DNA of 62,178 nt, filler included, from Globobulimina sp. (GCA_003354225.1; 26 parts of 26 records of this genome joined end to end with filler, not necessarily neighbours in it), one strand, 5' to 3'; positions 38,407 to 51,558 are shown, counted from the first letter of the whole stretch. Translations and numbers: made by a program. The notes: generated by a model not told the origin, from the letters alone.

Positions 38407-40159
38407 TTACAAATTATGCGCAACCAACAAATTATTCTCAATTTTGTTGATATCATAGCCAAACAAATTGAAGTCAACTTTATACAAATCAGCTACCCAT
38501 CGTTTAACATTTATTCCCGTTATATTTGCAGAACGTTCATACACATCACTCAATGAATTAATATTCAATGCATCCTTACTATTATCATACAAAATATCTT
38601 TTATAGTTGATCCAAAAGTATTTACTTTCCAATATTCACCATTTTCAATATAATAATCAATGATTACTTTATTGTCTTTTATTAAATTTATAATAAAACT
38701 AATATCATATTCAATATTCTCTAAATGTGCAATAAAATCAACAATTGGACAATTCTGATATTTATTAAATATCCACCAATGCTGTTCGTAAATATGATCA
38801 CTTGATATGGCTCTTTTTATCGATTTGTCCTTTCTTTTTATTCCAAGAAACCTTTTTTCCCACACAAACTCTGCAAATAATCTCAACAAATCCAAGCGTG
38901 AATAAGTGTGTATATCATATTTCTTTTCTCGTATATCATCTCTTTTTGTTTTCAGTTCTTCCTTTTCTGTGAGTTCAATGTCCCAGATTTTGTTTAAAAT
39001 TGCTGCAGCTTTTGGTTCAATGCCTACCTTTGTTCGCGAACTGCGTCTCGCTCTTTTCTCTAAACCCAAAATAATTGTATGTGCCCATAGACTAAACATT
39101 CGATTGTATGGATTGCGCACAATACTAAAATAGAAAAATTCCGGATGTTCTGCTTTTATTTTCTTACAAATAATTAGTACACATTACATCACATCATTTG
39201 CTTCAGATTATACGCATTCTTGTGATGTGTACAAATTATTCGCGTCTTACCTTACACGAAGACTTTGTCAAAACAGTCTCATCGCATTGTTTCAATACGG
39301 TGGTATTACATAACGCATAGCATAAAAAACCAGACATTGAGGTACCGCCGGATTTCAATACATGAACAAATACGAATCGATGTTTATAGGATACAAAACA
39401 TGCGGTGCTTTTACTGCCTTTCAAAGCTCGTATACTGTTCGGTCGATACAACAGATGTTTATACGGCTCATTTGTCACCATATTCGCTCTATATTTGGCC
39501 CATTGATATGGCAAAGCAACATGTTCTTCATCGATGTTATTGTCATAAATGTCTAGATTTGGTGGTTGAGATTTCCATGGAATTAAATTTGCATTTTCAT
39601 GTTGTTGGTCAGTGCTCATTTTGTGTAACATTGAGATGGTTTCATGTTCGTTTTTATTGTGGCAATCTGATATAAAACACATGGAAATTGTTTCAGTATC
39701 TTGCTGGATGCATTTTGGATGCATTGTGTGTGATTTATTGGTGTAAAATGCAGTGTAATGGTTTGTAATTGATACGGAATAACTGTCTGCATCAATGATT
39801 GTTGATGGATTGAATCTGGTGATGTTGTTATGTTGTTCAGTTTGGATGTTAGTATCATTGAATTGTGCATGTTGTATTGATCTGTTTTGCTGTGGAATAT
39901 TTGAAATGGTGGCAGATGACACATGGTTTGCAAGTGGGAGTGCTGGGAGATTAATATTATTAAAAATGTTACTTATAAATTGTATCTTGTCAATTAACAA
40001 TGTATTTTTTTTGTTTGGTGTAGGATTTGAACTTGTGTTTGTTTGTAATGGATCAAACTGATAGAGGTGAAACAACAGCCACATGAGGTACAGTGCAGTG
40101 CACATGATGACAGTTAGTAATACTCGCAAGACAGAAATTGTGAATTTGCGTTGTGCCAT
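38407..40159 (-). CDS. Golgi-type carbohydrate sulfotransferase (Sulfotransfer_2-like), intron ~39164-39251
   Basis: N-terminal TM; 5'-PSB FVHVLKSGGTS; 3'-PB FSIVRNPYNR.FS; LYKVDFNLFGY. Confidence 0.85.
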
Positions 40160-40841
40160 TTTAGTTTTCAGTAGAAAAAGTTTTCAGTAGAAAAAACTAC
40201 AGAAGTATGCATCAAATGGTTAAATAACGCGGTTTGGCAAAGTTTAGATATTTGGTTCCAGCTATTAGTATAATCCCGTATCTGTCTCTTCTACATTGGG
40301 ATATGTCTCAATCACAAAACGTAAATTAAAAATAACAATTAAATGCTAGCTCTAATTTTTACAGCGTTGAAAAAAATAAATTGACAAATAATGACAAATA
40401 AATTGACAAATACAAACTCGGTGTACACATTACACAAAACAAACAATATTTAATTTCAATCGATTTAATTGGACTGTATCTTAATCTCAATATGAACAGC
40501 ATAGGCATCAGATTGCTTAAACCTAGAATAGGAATGTTTCATTAATCTAAATATTTCTAATTGTGCGGTATCAAATATGTTTTCAAGATTAGCAAAAGAG
40601 AAAGCATCACTGCATAGTTTATCTACCANNNNNNNNNNNNNNNNNNNNNNNNNNNNNNNNNNNNNNNNNNNNTTAATTAATTAANNNNNNNNNNNNNNNN
40701 NNNNNNNNNNNNNNNNNNNNNNNNNNNNCAGTGTGTGTACAGACAAACAAGATTTCCGCGCTTTTGTAACCAATTTCATATGCATCGGAAACTTATTTTA
40801 CATAAAATAAAATAAACAGAGATTATTAATATATAATCAGA

Positions 40842-42821
40842 TTATTTATCTTCTTTCTCTTCCTGTTCTTTCTGTTCTTTTTCTTTTTGTTGTATACTCG
40901 ATACCAACCTATCAATATATTTATTACACGGCGTTGTCATTTCCATTGAGCTTTCACACCGATTAAACGTATAATATCTATGCAATTTACTCCTTAATCT
41001 GAAAAACAAATCCGTTGTAAACTGCAACTCACACACAATTTTACAAAAACCTGCATCAAATATAATATTAATCAAAGCATCTCGATATCCGAAAGACACA
41101 TCCTTTTCATCCAACAAAAATCCATTCTTTACTCTCGAAACAGTAAAATGTTGTTTCAACACTTTATATCCATCCAACAAATCATCAAAACCATCAAATA
41201 CCACCAAGCAACGTATCGTATCAGTTAGCTCTGCGGCTTTTGGTATTGGTTTATCCGCATACTTCCCCCGCAATTTATTCTGGCAACGAGCCATTTTCTT
41301 CACCGGCGCCGCTTTATGTTTCTCCCCATATAAATCATGAATTTTTTCTTGAAATAATGGATCAATCCTTTTGCTTAAAGCCAACAAATATGCGACATAA
41401 TTGTTCCCCACATCTTTCCCAATAATTAGCTCTCCGCTTTTTAGTTTTTGATCCAATTCCTTCTCATCATCGCCAGCAGCAATACTCCAAACATCCACCA
41501 TCTGCAAACCAAACATTTCATGGGTGAATCCCCACTCTTTCTTATCAATGCCATGTTTGGCAATGAACTCTTTCCATTGTTTCACATCAGAAATAGGATT
41601 ACCATCACAACAAAGATACGCTTTCGTCCAATCCTCGCCTGTCCACATAACCACATTGCAACTGTATAAAATAAAATAAATTATGCAAATACCTTTAAAT
41701 GTAGCTCTGTTAAAAATTATCCGCGGCACAGTAAGTGCTCTCTTATCATCCTGGCGATTAAACATCGAAAACGGTTTCATTTTTTTGTTCATTTGCCTCA
41801 AACTCTTATCCTTTTTATCCTTATATGCTGTGAATGTAGCAATGGTTTCCTTTGCTAACTCGTCCATAATATTGCCACTGATCATGGTCAAAATGTTATA
41901 TTCTTTCTGTGACATACAACGGGCTAAGCCGGCAATGATCGACGCACAGCGTTTCCACAAATCATTATCCATCGGCAACGTCATAATTAACTGCAAAGTG
42001 CTCATTCCTTTCTCCATGACAGGAATCCATCTTTTTTTCTCATTCCGCTGTAAATAACACAACAAATTATTGGTGCCGTGAGCTCGCAAACCAATCGCGT
42101 CAGTTTTCCATAGATTGATAAAATCGATGTCTTTTGCTAAGATGGTAGGAATCTCCGTTTCTAACTTTGTAATTTGAAGACAAGCAATGGATTCGGCCAA
42201 CAATCCAACATTATATATGTCAGTCGGTGTGATTTTGTCACCCATTAATCGCTCATAAAAGCAAGAATGGATTTTGTTTATCATTTGATTTACTTGTTGA
42301 GTATAACCAAAATCCTTCATTAAAATCATCAGAAATCGAAGCCTTCCATCGCGTAAATCATCCATTTTGATGTTCCGTGGCACAGAAATTTTTTGCATAT
42401 AAACTTCATACATTGCATAAATATCTCGCCATCCCCAACCTTCGTTGCGTTTTACATCCGGTCGTGCATCGGCCCCATTTGGAGGGAATGGATAATCTTT
42501 TTTGCCCGTTAGTATATTGTTAATTGTCTCACATAAAATGGCTTGTTGTCCCGGATTGTCATGTAAAAAGCCGTGGTTTTGGGTTTGTTTTGAATGCATT
42601 AATGAGCCGTTTATGGTAATTTCGAAATTGTCGGTTTTAGTGGTATCGCATTTAGCTATTATTTCAATATCGTCATTGAAAGGGAATCTAGTCTCGAAAA
42701 AGTCTTTTGTTGCCTTAAATTTAGCGTTGTATCCACATCCATTGCAATATTGAATGGTGATGGTTACTTTTTTTGATGAGTCTTTTTTCTCCTCCTTTTC
42801 TTCTTGCTTTTGTTCCGCCAT
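40842..42821 (-). CDS. SelW/Rdx-like redoxin (CNGC) fused to a C-terminal RelA/SpoT-like nucleotidyltransferase domain
   Basis: ITIQYCNGCGY...NFEITINGSLMHSK...GF; C-terminal PVKK.AR...K, DTIRCLVVF, RVKN, GYRD, CELQF, HRYY. Confidence 0.75.
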   Translation of the reverse strand: MAEQKQEEKEEKKDSSKKVTITIQYCNGCGYNAKFKATKDFFETRFPFNDDIEIIAKCDTTKTDNFEITINGSLMHSKQTQNHGFLHDNPGQQAILCETINNILTGKKDYPFPPNGADARPDVKRNEGWGWRDIYAMYEVYMQKISVPRNIKMDDLRDGRLRFLMILMKDFGYTQQVNQMINKIHSCFYERLMGDKITPTDIYNVGLLAESIACLQITKLETEIPTILAKDIDFINLWKTDAIGLRAHGTNNLLCYLQRNEKKRWIPVMEKGMSTLQLIMTLPMDNDLWKRCASIIAGLARCMSQKEYNILTMISGNIMDELAKETIATFTAYKDKKDKSLRQMNKKMKPFSMFNRQDDKRALTVPRIIFNRATFKGICIIYFILYSCNVVMWTGEDWTKAYLCCDGNPISDVKQWKEFIAKHGIDKKEWGFTHEMFGLQMVDVWSIAAGDDEKELDQKLKSGELIIGKDVGNNYVAYLLALSKRIDPLFQEKIHDLYGEKHKAAPVKKMARCQNKLRGKYADKPIPKAAELTDTIRCLVVFDGFDDLLDGYKVLKQHFTVSRVKNGFLLDEKDVSFGYRDALINIIFDAGFCKIVCELQFTTDLFFRLRSKLHRYYTFNRCESSMEMTTPCNKYIDRLVSSIQQKEKEQKEQEEKEDK

Positions 42822-43501
42822 TGTTGGCTAGGACTGCAGTGATGGGATTTTCCAACAGATGAATTGATCCAACGATTAAAAGCACGTCGTAAGTAGAACT
42901 TTGTTGTGGGAAGGAAAATAGGTTAATAATAAAATGTTAATGGTTCCCGATGAAACACAACCTTTAAGAATTCAATTTTGACTTTCAATGTTTTTATTTT
43001 GAATAATCTGTAAAAAACTGTAANNNNNNNNNNNNNNNNNNNNNNNNNNNNNNNNNNNNNNNNNNNNTTAATTAATTAANNNNNNNNNNNNNNNNNNNNN
43101 NNNNNNNNNNNNNNNNNNNNNNNCGGAGACAATTAAATCTCCACTGTTTCACAACAATCACAAACTCGGATTATATCGACACTGTAATGGTATCATTAAT
43201 GAATAAATCATTATTTAACACTTTGGAAAGATTGCAATAGAAAATTGACTTTATGGGAATGATATTTATTGAAATACTTAAATTTGCAAAATATAAAAAC
43301 AATTAAAACTGAAATTAGAAGTTCAGATCAAACACAACTTGCAAATGAAAAATGTTGCCATTTTTTTTTGTCTCAAAAATTAACGAACCAAATACTTATA
43401 ATTCATTCATATTTTATCTGCACATTATTTATTCGTGTCTGCGTATTCCTTATTTACATAATCCATATTCTCACACAATCACTTTCACAAAATACCATAC
43501 A

Positions 43502-45109
43502 TTAATCAGTCTGCAACACTTCATTTAACAGCTTATATTCCTTATTAATCTCTTTCAAAATGCGATTCCGTGCCAACAAATCGTGGCATTTCCCATAATA
43601 CGCAATACTTTGCGTCGCCATCTTATTCCCATTCACCACCGCACGCGTAATCCGCTTCAATCTCTGCGCACCTTTTCGTTTCCCGCTCTTTCCCCGAAAC
43701 TTACACTTAAACCACCCCACCATATCCGTCATACACTCGGTGTTATTGAGCTCCTTCGGCGGATGCTTAGTCATCGAATATTTCTCCAGTTTCGAGCCGC
43801 GAACAAAGGGCCGGAAGTTGCCAGTCTTCGTCACGTCATATTTATACAACACCTTATCCGCGCTCGTCGACGCCAATTTGAGTGGGATCTCGCTCCACGT
43901 CGCCAGATCGCGCGAATAGATCTTGGCAAAGGAATGAAAGTGCCGCGAAGTCGCCGTCAATTCCCACAAACAGCACGACAGCGCATTGGTATGGTCCGGG
44001 TTCGTTTCATAAGGATGGAACTCGCGGTCGTACCCACCTTCGTAATCCAACATGTTATACAAGCGGGGATCGGACAACATCAACTTCCGCGCCATGTGCT
44101 GACAGGCAATGGCATAGCCGGGCGGTAATTGCGTCGATATATTGGTCAGTCTCTGTACAAAGGCGGCGATACGGTCAATGGGCACCGATTTGGAGGCGTG
44201 GTGACCAAACATCACATTCAAACACTCGAATATCAGCGGAAAGTTGTGCCATTCGTAAATATTTAGGCTCACTGACAACAGCAACGCATACATGGTCTCG
44301 TAATGTTGCCGCACATCCATCCGGATGGCGGTGCCGCGGCCGGATAGACAGTTAAATGTCGTCAATACGCATTGGATTTTGCAGGTTAATGGCAATGTGG
44401 TGGACTCCGACGCCAATTTTAGGGATATAACGGAGATTAAGTCGAGAATTAATTCTATGTTTATTAAGTGCGCGAATTTGGACATGCCGTCCAAGGCAAC
44501 CTGCAATAAATCGTGCGATACCTCCAATTTTAAGATGTAAAAATAAACTCCGAAGATGGCTTCGATGATTACTTTCTGCCGCATGTACGATTTCTTCTTG
44601 TCCATTATGGCGCAGTCCGCCGCGTCTTTTTTCAGCTTTTTATCCATTTCCTTCTCCCATCGACTCTGTATAGGTGTATTATGTGTGTTTACTGAGAAAA
44701 TGACTCAAATGGCTGCAAGAGCACAAATATAATTTGATAGCACAGCAAAAATCAGTGAATTAAGCCTAGTTTATCTATCCTCAATGATTAATAATTAATC
44801 GTTAAGTACTCAGAACCCTAAAATAGATTTTTCATCATTGCAACTTATTTTTATTGCAGACAATAACTAAACTTTTGTAGTTTTTTGTTTCTCCTTTTCT
44901 TCGCGGTCTGGCGGCTGGAGATATTGCAGTGGCAATTGCAGCAACACGCTAATTTGATCGGGGTGCACTTTGAAATTCTTTTTGTCGGCTCGCTGCGTCA
45001 ATAACTGTACACATTCGACTGTGGCATTATTGATGGGCTGGCACGATAACAGGGAGCCAATGGCGGAACAGGACGCTTTGCGGATTTCTTCCACTGCACA
45101 GTTGGTCAA
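43502..45109 (-). CDS. NOC3: Nucleolar complex protein 3 (CBF/Mak21 domain), 5' truncated, intron ~44670-44870
   Basis: LDGMSKFAHLINIELILDL, DRIAAFVQRL, PDHTNALSCCLWEL...HFH. Confidence 0.85.
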
Positions 45110-46124
45110 AGGGATGACATTCTTTATTAATTCTATTTAGATCATCATTCAAACAGTTCCGTAAAAGCATGAATCAGCAAATAAAAGGTAGGGATATTTA
45201 GGTAGTGTTGGTGGGTCAGTTTGGAAGTTAAATGGTAACAATGTTATGCATCACAACAATGTCTTAATTGCATTCAGTGGAATCCGCGTAATTGAGTCAT
45301 GTCATCAGATGAGGGAAATAAAAATAAAACAAAAACAAACCTTTTGTGTAATTGAAATGACTGCATTTGCGAATAAATAATAAAATACATTTTATTGCAC
45401 ATCGGCCCAATATAAATCNNNNNNNNNNNNNNNNNNNNNNNNNNNNNNNNNNNNNNNNNNNNTTAATTAATTAANNNNNNNNNNNNNNNNNNNNNNNNNN
45501 NNNNNNNNNNNNNNNNNNTAGAAACACTTATCATTGCTGCAGTGGTTGCAGTTTGTATATGTGGCTGCTGTTGTTTTATTGCTGTGGCATATCTAGGCTT
45601 TAGACGGCAAGTTCATAATAGTTTAAAAAAGAAACAATGTGCAAGCACAAACATTAATATTTCTAAATCGAAAGTACATGAAAATGCATCCAAATCACCC
45701 GTAGTTGTTACTCTTTATAATCGTGAAGAGGGAAATAGTAATAATAATAATAATAATACAGCTTTGGCGTATTATAATTAAATCATTGTATAATTTAGTA
45801 TTTACGTGTGACCTCTATATATTTTTGTATACTACTTATTGTGTGATTTAATATTTTTTAAATTTATTATTTATTTTTATTGTCTAAGTTAGTATATTTC
45901 TCTTCATAATTATATTATTAATATTTTTTCTGTTTCCGTACTGTGTTCGCAATTCATCATTCTCGTTTTTTGTGTGATTAACGTTAAATTCATCATTCTA
46001 GTTTTTTTGTTGCCTGTAGAATGTTTTAATACGCTATTGTTTCGAACAAGAGATCTTGCTGCATTCTTGCTTGTTTATAAAAAGTTTTTTAGTACTTGTG
46101 AGCCACTATCTAATAAACTGAAAC

Positions 46125-47297
46125 ATGATCATGATCATGTCAATATCAATCTCGTATTCCCACATTTTGTCTATGCCACCAGTAATATGTGGGTGTATAT
46201 CATTCATATCATGCGTATTTGTTTGCATCTCCACAGTGCGAAGTGGATATATACCATGCAAACCATTATGGCATAGCCTCCGACAATCGAAAGATAGAAC
46301 AGTGTCTGAATTAGAAAAACCAATGCATATAGATAGTTCAAGGCAATATGCAGATGCTACTCATCCAACAATGATGATAGATATATTATTTTGGATGTGT
46401 GTTTGTGACGGATTACACGCCATACAAATCATATGCAATTGGTTCCCATTAGCATTTGATTTGCCCTTTTGGCGAATGACTGACTGTCACATCTTAGGAA
46501 TAGGTGCGCAATTTTTAACCATTCAGAGTCCGTGTTGGCATGTCTTGTTAGCTTATAATTTGGGATACTTATTGCTTGGCGGCAGCATAAATACATTAGC
46601 TTCACATAAAAGATATGAATTTTTTATTGTAAATCTGGTGCCATTGATATGCACAATTTTACCATTTTTGTTTTCAGAATATGGCAAATATGAAAATGAT
46701 ATCAAATATAATGACACTGAATGTTGGATAACAAGTGAACACTGGCAATACATGTATGTGATTGCAATTTGTGTGTCATTAATATTGCATTACATTGTGA
46801 TTATAATCGCAATAAGTAAATGGAAACATTATTGTCAATCTGGATTCGATCAGCACTTTAAATTCATCATCGTTAAATTGTTACGGTTTGTGGTAATATA
46901 TACATTTATTCGCTTCTTCCCCGTTTTAGAAAGGATTTGGGAATTTGCCTCACCAAACCCGCCACCATTTATGCTTATTTTGGGTCATCATGCCGCTGTA
47001 TCTTTGTTGGGTTTTAGTGATGCTTTGGTATATTTTATTAATCAAAAACAAATTCCATATCAAAAAGCGAAAAACAAACGGAAATCAGAGAATAAAAGGA
47101 AAACGAATATTGATGGTGACTCTGAGACTACTGATTATTGGATAAGTACTAAAATAATACCACATTACACATCAGCACCGAAGAACAAGTCTAACAATAT
47201 ATATACACCGAGATCTCGTTCATCTGAGATTGATGTAATTACACCTCGACAGGATAATGAATTGGAATCCCAATACATTTGGAGTTTACAGGAATAG
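46125..47297 (+). CDS. GPCR-like 7TM protein (cAMP-receptor/Git3-like)
   Basis: Seven hydrophobic segments, C in TM3, ECWI in ECL2, GFSDALVY in TM7. Confidence 0.7.
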   Translation: MIMIMSISISYSHILSMPPVICGCISFISCVFVCISTVRSGYIPCKPLWHSLRQSKDRTVSELEKPMHIDSSRQYADATHPTMMIDILFWMCVCDGLHAIQIICNWFPLAFDLPFWRMTDCHILGIGAQFLTIQSPCWHVLLAYNLGYLLLGGSINTLASHKRYEFFIVNLVPLICTILPFLFSEYGKYENDIKYNDTECWITSEHWQYMYVIAICVSLILHYIVIIIAISKWKHYCQSGFDQHFKFIIVKLLRFVVIYTFIRFFPVLERIWEFASPNPPPFMLILGHHAAVSLLGFSDALVYFINQKQIPYQKAKNKRKSENKRKTNIDGDSETTDYWISTKIIPHYTSAPKNKSNNIYTPRSRSSEIDVITPRQDNELESQYIWSLQE

Positions 47298-47913
47298 ACA
47301 TTTGATTTATAACATAGTATTTTTTGCAGAGCAGACATTCGTTTCCTGCCTGGTATCCTTTGTTAAAATTAATTATAGGGGGTACCCCTTAGATTTTTTT
47401 GTTGCCACGAATGCCTACTCTGATTTTTTGTTGATATATTATTTTTTGAAAATAAATATTATTTGTAGCTATCCATTTTGGATAATATCTAGCTAGCTTT
47501 TGCAGTTTGTTGCGTGTTCTAATATTAGTTTTCGTTTTGATATCTTTACAATTTATAACTGAACTGAAGCAGTGTATTAAACTGCCTTTTTGGCACACTC
47601 TGTTGTGTAGATTATGATTGTAACTAAGCAACAAAAAGCAATATAACAAACTGCAAATGCAATTTAACACAGAAACAAAAGCTGCAGTTCAAAATTATCC
47701 TCCTGGGTAAAAAAGCAAACGAAGTGTAACGTAGTTGCTTTTACTAGGAGTTCTAACCTGTTTATTTCAACCACCAAAAGTTGCTTAGAATGTCTTCATT
47801 TTTGAATATGTTANNNNNNNNNNNNNNNNNNNNNNNNNNNNNNNNNNNNNNNNNNNNTTAATTAATTAANNNNNNNNNNNNNNNNNNNNNNNNNNNNNNN
47901 NNNNNNNNNNNNN

Positions 47914-48861
47914 GTTTGTTGGAATTCCGTATTGTAAACGGATTGAAGAGCCTCTATTGTTTGTTTTGTCTGAATCCACCAAACACTTCACCTGTTTATC
48001 ATTAATAATTTCCATTCTTTTTGGATCGGTTCCAAATGAATCGAATATCATGAGATCATCATTTTGTTTCTTATCATCATTCGCTGCATTTTGTAATTGA
48101 TTAATTATTTTATTTTGGTTTTCATATTTTTGGATTATATCTTTATTTTGTTTTCTTAAATCATTTAAACCTTTTTTCAATTCGTCAATTATTTTATTTT
48201 GTTGTTCATTTTCTTTTTTTAAATCATTAACATCATTTTTTAATATTTGTAGTTCAGATTTTATTAATTTAAACATTTCAAATTGTACTTCCTTTGAACA
48301 TGATTGAGATTCACAACATTTTGCAATGTGTTTCATTAAATCAGTTAATATTCCACCAAAATTGCATGCTTTTGGCTTATTGTAATTATTACCAATAATT
48401 CCTTCTTTTTCATCTGTGCCAATCAGGCCATTTCCATCGATATCATTTTTATTTAATTCTATTTGTTCTTTATATCCCATTGAATTTGGACAGAATACCT
48501 TGAATTAATTGCAATTAAGTGACATATTACAAACAAAGGGGTCAATAATTATTACCTGAGCCGAATTGATTTTCCCTCTGATTCTTCTCGTTGGTGAATA
48601 TGTTGGATTTGGATGATTACTGATTGGACAGTTGTTGTTATTTGATTCTATCACTAATATTAAACAATTTTGGCAATATAATTCAATATCATTATCATTA
48701 TGATCAACATCGCAATGATCACATGATAGTTCAACTGCATCTTTGCATATGTTTTCACAAAAACAACACAAATATTCCTTTCTTACATTACTATCCACAA
48801 ATAAATCAATTTTCCAACCTTTCTCTTCAAATTGTAACAATTTTGTACCTACGTTTTCCAT
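47914..48861 (-). CDS. RING/TRAF-type zinc-finger coiled-coil protein, intron ~48499-48555, 3' truncated
   Basis: YLCCFCENICKDAVELSC...YCQNCL...CPISNH, then CNFGGILTDLMKH and a coiled coil. Confidence 0.75.
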
Positions 48862-49001
48862 TGTCAAGAATGTAAAATTATTACTAATTAAAATTGAACC
48901 CTAGGCCTAGGTTAACTGGATCGAAACTAAATTTATCGGACACACATCAAAAAACAAAAACAAAAACAAAAAATGATATTTAATACAATTTATTGCCTCA
49001 T

Positions 49002-49570
49002 TTAATCAAAATGTGATTCTTCTTCTTCTTTATTATCGTTTATGGCGTCCATATGCATGGATGGTGTTTTAAGACTGTTGTAATTTGTAAATGTGGAGTC
49101 TCTCTCCGTAATACTACTCTTCAATGATTCCAATGAAATGATGCCTCCATTTTGTTTAAATAATTGCTCTAATTGTTGCTGAATATATTGATTCACTTCT
49201 TCTTCTGGCGTTGTTTTATATTTTTCAACATTCCCTTTGAAAATGGCAATAAATCGTGGACATAAATTGAATGATAAACAAACATTACAAATTATCAAAA
49301 TGACAATGCATTGGATGGAATACAACCAATTTGTTTCATATTCGTGCAAAAATGCAATCATAATCAAGGATAAAATGAATAACGAAATCGAAATAACAAT
49401 GGCAATTAATTGAGTTGAGGTTTCATCAAATTTCCTAATTTCATTAATTCCAATTCTTGACACAATTAAACAACAATAAATGCCAAATAATATCTGCAAT
49501 AATTTATAAACACCAATCACACCAAAAAATGCATAATTTACGGTCGAATCGGATGCGCGACATTGGGCCG
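49002..49570 (-). CDS. Class C (GABA-B-like, 7tm_3) GPCR C-terminal fragment
   Basis: Conserved Cys, YKLLQILFG, KFDET, NLCPRF match TM5-7 of GABA-B-like receptors. Confidence 0.65.
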
Positions 49571-50199
49571 ACATCTTGTTGTGTTTCTGTGACTTCCTGT
49601 CCGTTTGCATCTTTTTTCGTAATGCTCATATTTGCCATTGATGTCGGTAAATAACATATTGTCGCTGAAAACGAGACCAATAACGCATAATTCGCCCATC
49701 GTGTGCGGACTTGCGTGATTATCACCGCCCGGTATTTAAGAAACATTCGGATGGATAACATCCATGAAAGCACAGTTAGAGGGAATAAAAGAGTGTGTTC
49801 TGCGGAGGGGACCAGATATTTATCATTTGGCGGTAATATAGAAACAATTCCATGCAATTTCTTGTGCATTTTTGCAAATCTTAGATCGGTTACAATGCCA
49901 AAGAAGTATGGTAACCACCAGAAGTATATTTGCATTGAACTGAACAACGAAATGTATAACAAATAAATACAAAATCTTACTCCTCCTTTTTGATAAACCG
50001 GCAATGCTTTTAATTGCTTTTTGTGCTTTGAAAGTATGTGTTGTGTTGATTTTTTTTTTAGTTCCCTTTGTTGTTTATATTTTGTGATTAATAGTAAGGC
50101 CGCGGACTTATATGAGCGAGTGATGTATAATAAACCATATGCACCACAACATAAGTGTGGTATAGAGTTTAATGACGCGGATATCGCTAAGGCAGACAT
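49571..50199 (-). CDS. Unrelated multi-TM protein fragment abutting the GPCR fragment
   Basis: Four hydrophobic segments; frame change near 49570. Confidence 0.4.
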
Positions 50200-50625
50200 A
50201 GGAGTTGTNNNNNNNNNNNNNNNNNNNNNNNNNNNNNNNNNNNNNNNNNNNNTTAATTAATTAANNNNNNNNNNNNNNNNNNNNNNNNNNNNNNNNNNNN
50301 NNNNNNNNAAAAGCAAGATAGAAGTTCGCGATATAAATGTTAAAAAAGCAGAGGAATAAAAGTAAAAATACAGTTGGACGGTCTTTGCTGCGTTAAATTA
50401 CGCAATGACAGACAACAATTCTTACGCTGATCCAATTCCTTTACTCCATAATATTTTTTATATTTTGCTGGAACTGCACTTTAGTTTAGATACAAAAAAA
50501 CAACTTAATGATGCTTTTCGTATCAAAATGCAATAAAAACAGCAATTATTCAAAACAAAAAATAAAACAAACAAAAGAGGCATTGTGGTGGACATTGGCT
50601 TGAATTTAAAGAGATGCAGTTGAGC

Positions 50626-51558
50626 CTATAACAAATTGAAAGCATCATCATCATCAAAACGATTTGGGGTAAAATTTGTAAAATTGATATTTCCATCATC
50701 ACGATCAAATATTGGATGCATGGCATTATCATCAAATATGGACGAATTAGAAATATCTCTCGATGACTCAGTATCAAATAGAGACTCATTGGAAGACATA
50801 TAATTTGGCGACAACACATTATATTCATTTTTGATATTATTCATGCCATTCATATACAATGCTGTATTGACAGCATTGTCCATATTCACTATATTTGTGT
50901 ATTGCACATTTCGCACATTTCGTGCAACCATATTTTGCGTAGAATTCACTGTCTGAGCCGCGTGATAATTAGCAGTTATTCGTGGTCTATACACACGTGG
51001 TTGGGCCCCAAAATAACGTTGTCTGGCCATGGACGGATGTACTGTTGCTGCCATATGGTGAGGTCGATACGCTGTATTTGCAGCTATATGCTGTCTATCA
51101 TAGTTAACGCCTCTTCTTCTGAATGGTCGATATGATTTAGGTGCATACGATATGGTTGAATGAGAGTTATGACTCACTACAGTTTGTGCATCATCATCGG
51201 TTGCTTGCTGCAGCGGGATGGCTAACATCAACATATCACTGCTGGGAATACATCCACTCGCATCCAAGTATAAATTGTATACTCCACTTCTTTTCATTTC
51301 AGAGTCACTGGACGGAATAACCGGTGTTTGGCAATTAGGAGACACTGATAACATATTAATTGCTGGCGGGATATCGCTACATATTTGCGCAGCTTCCTTA
51401 CGCTGTGTGGCTGGCACCAGTTCCTCATAAAAGAAATCATTGTGTCCCATCACAACAATGTCATACGTCTTTTGCTTTAATGCTAATACTTTCTCAGTCC
51501 ATTCACGCACATAATGCCGGATATGCAATCTATTTTTGTTGTGCTGAATATCACACAC
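50626..51558 (-). CDS. Hypothetical low-complexity protein C-terminus
   Basis: 310-aa ORF, N/R-rich. Confidence 0.5.
   Translation of the reverse strand: MCDIQHNKNRLHIRHYVREWTEKVLALKQKTYDIVVMGHNDFFYEELVPATQRKEAAQICSDIPPAINMLSVSPNCQTPVIPSSDSEMKRSGVYNLYLDASGCIPSSDMLMLAIPLQQATDDDAQTVVSHNSHSTISYAPKSYRPFRRRGVNYDRQHIAANTAYRPHHMAATVHPSMARQRYFGAQPRVYRPRITANYHAAQTVNSTQNMVARNVRNVQYTNIVNMDNAVNTALYMNGMNNIKNEYNVLSPNYMSSNESLFDTESSRDISNSSIFDDNAMHPIFDRDDGNINFTNFTPNRFDDDDAFNLL

Noticed and set aside
42730-42750. Selenocysteine in the Rdx motif
   Set aside because: Codons are TGC AAT GGA TGT (CNGC); no in-frame TGA
43583-44355. Long plus-strand ORFs as overlapping genes
   Set aside because: Antisense shadows of the GC-richer NOC3 coding region
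49002-50199. Single frameshifted GPCR gene
   Set aside because: The upstream TM ORF lacks class C GPCR features; a chimeric join near 49570 is more likely
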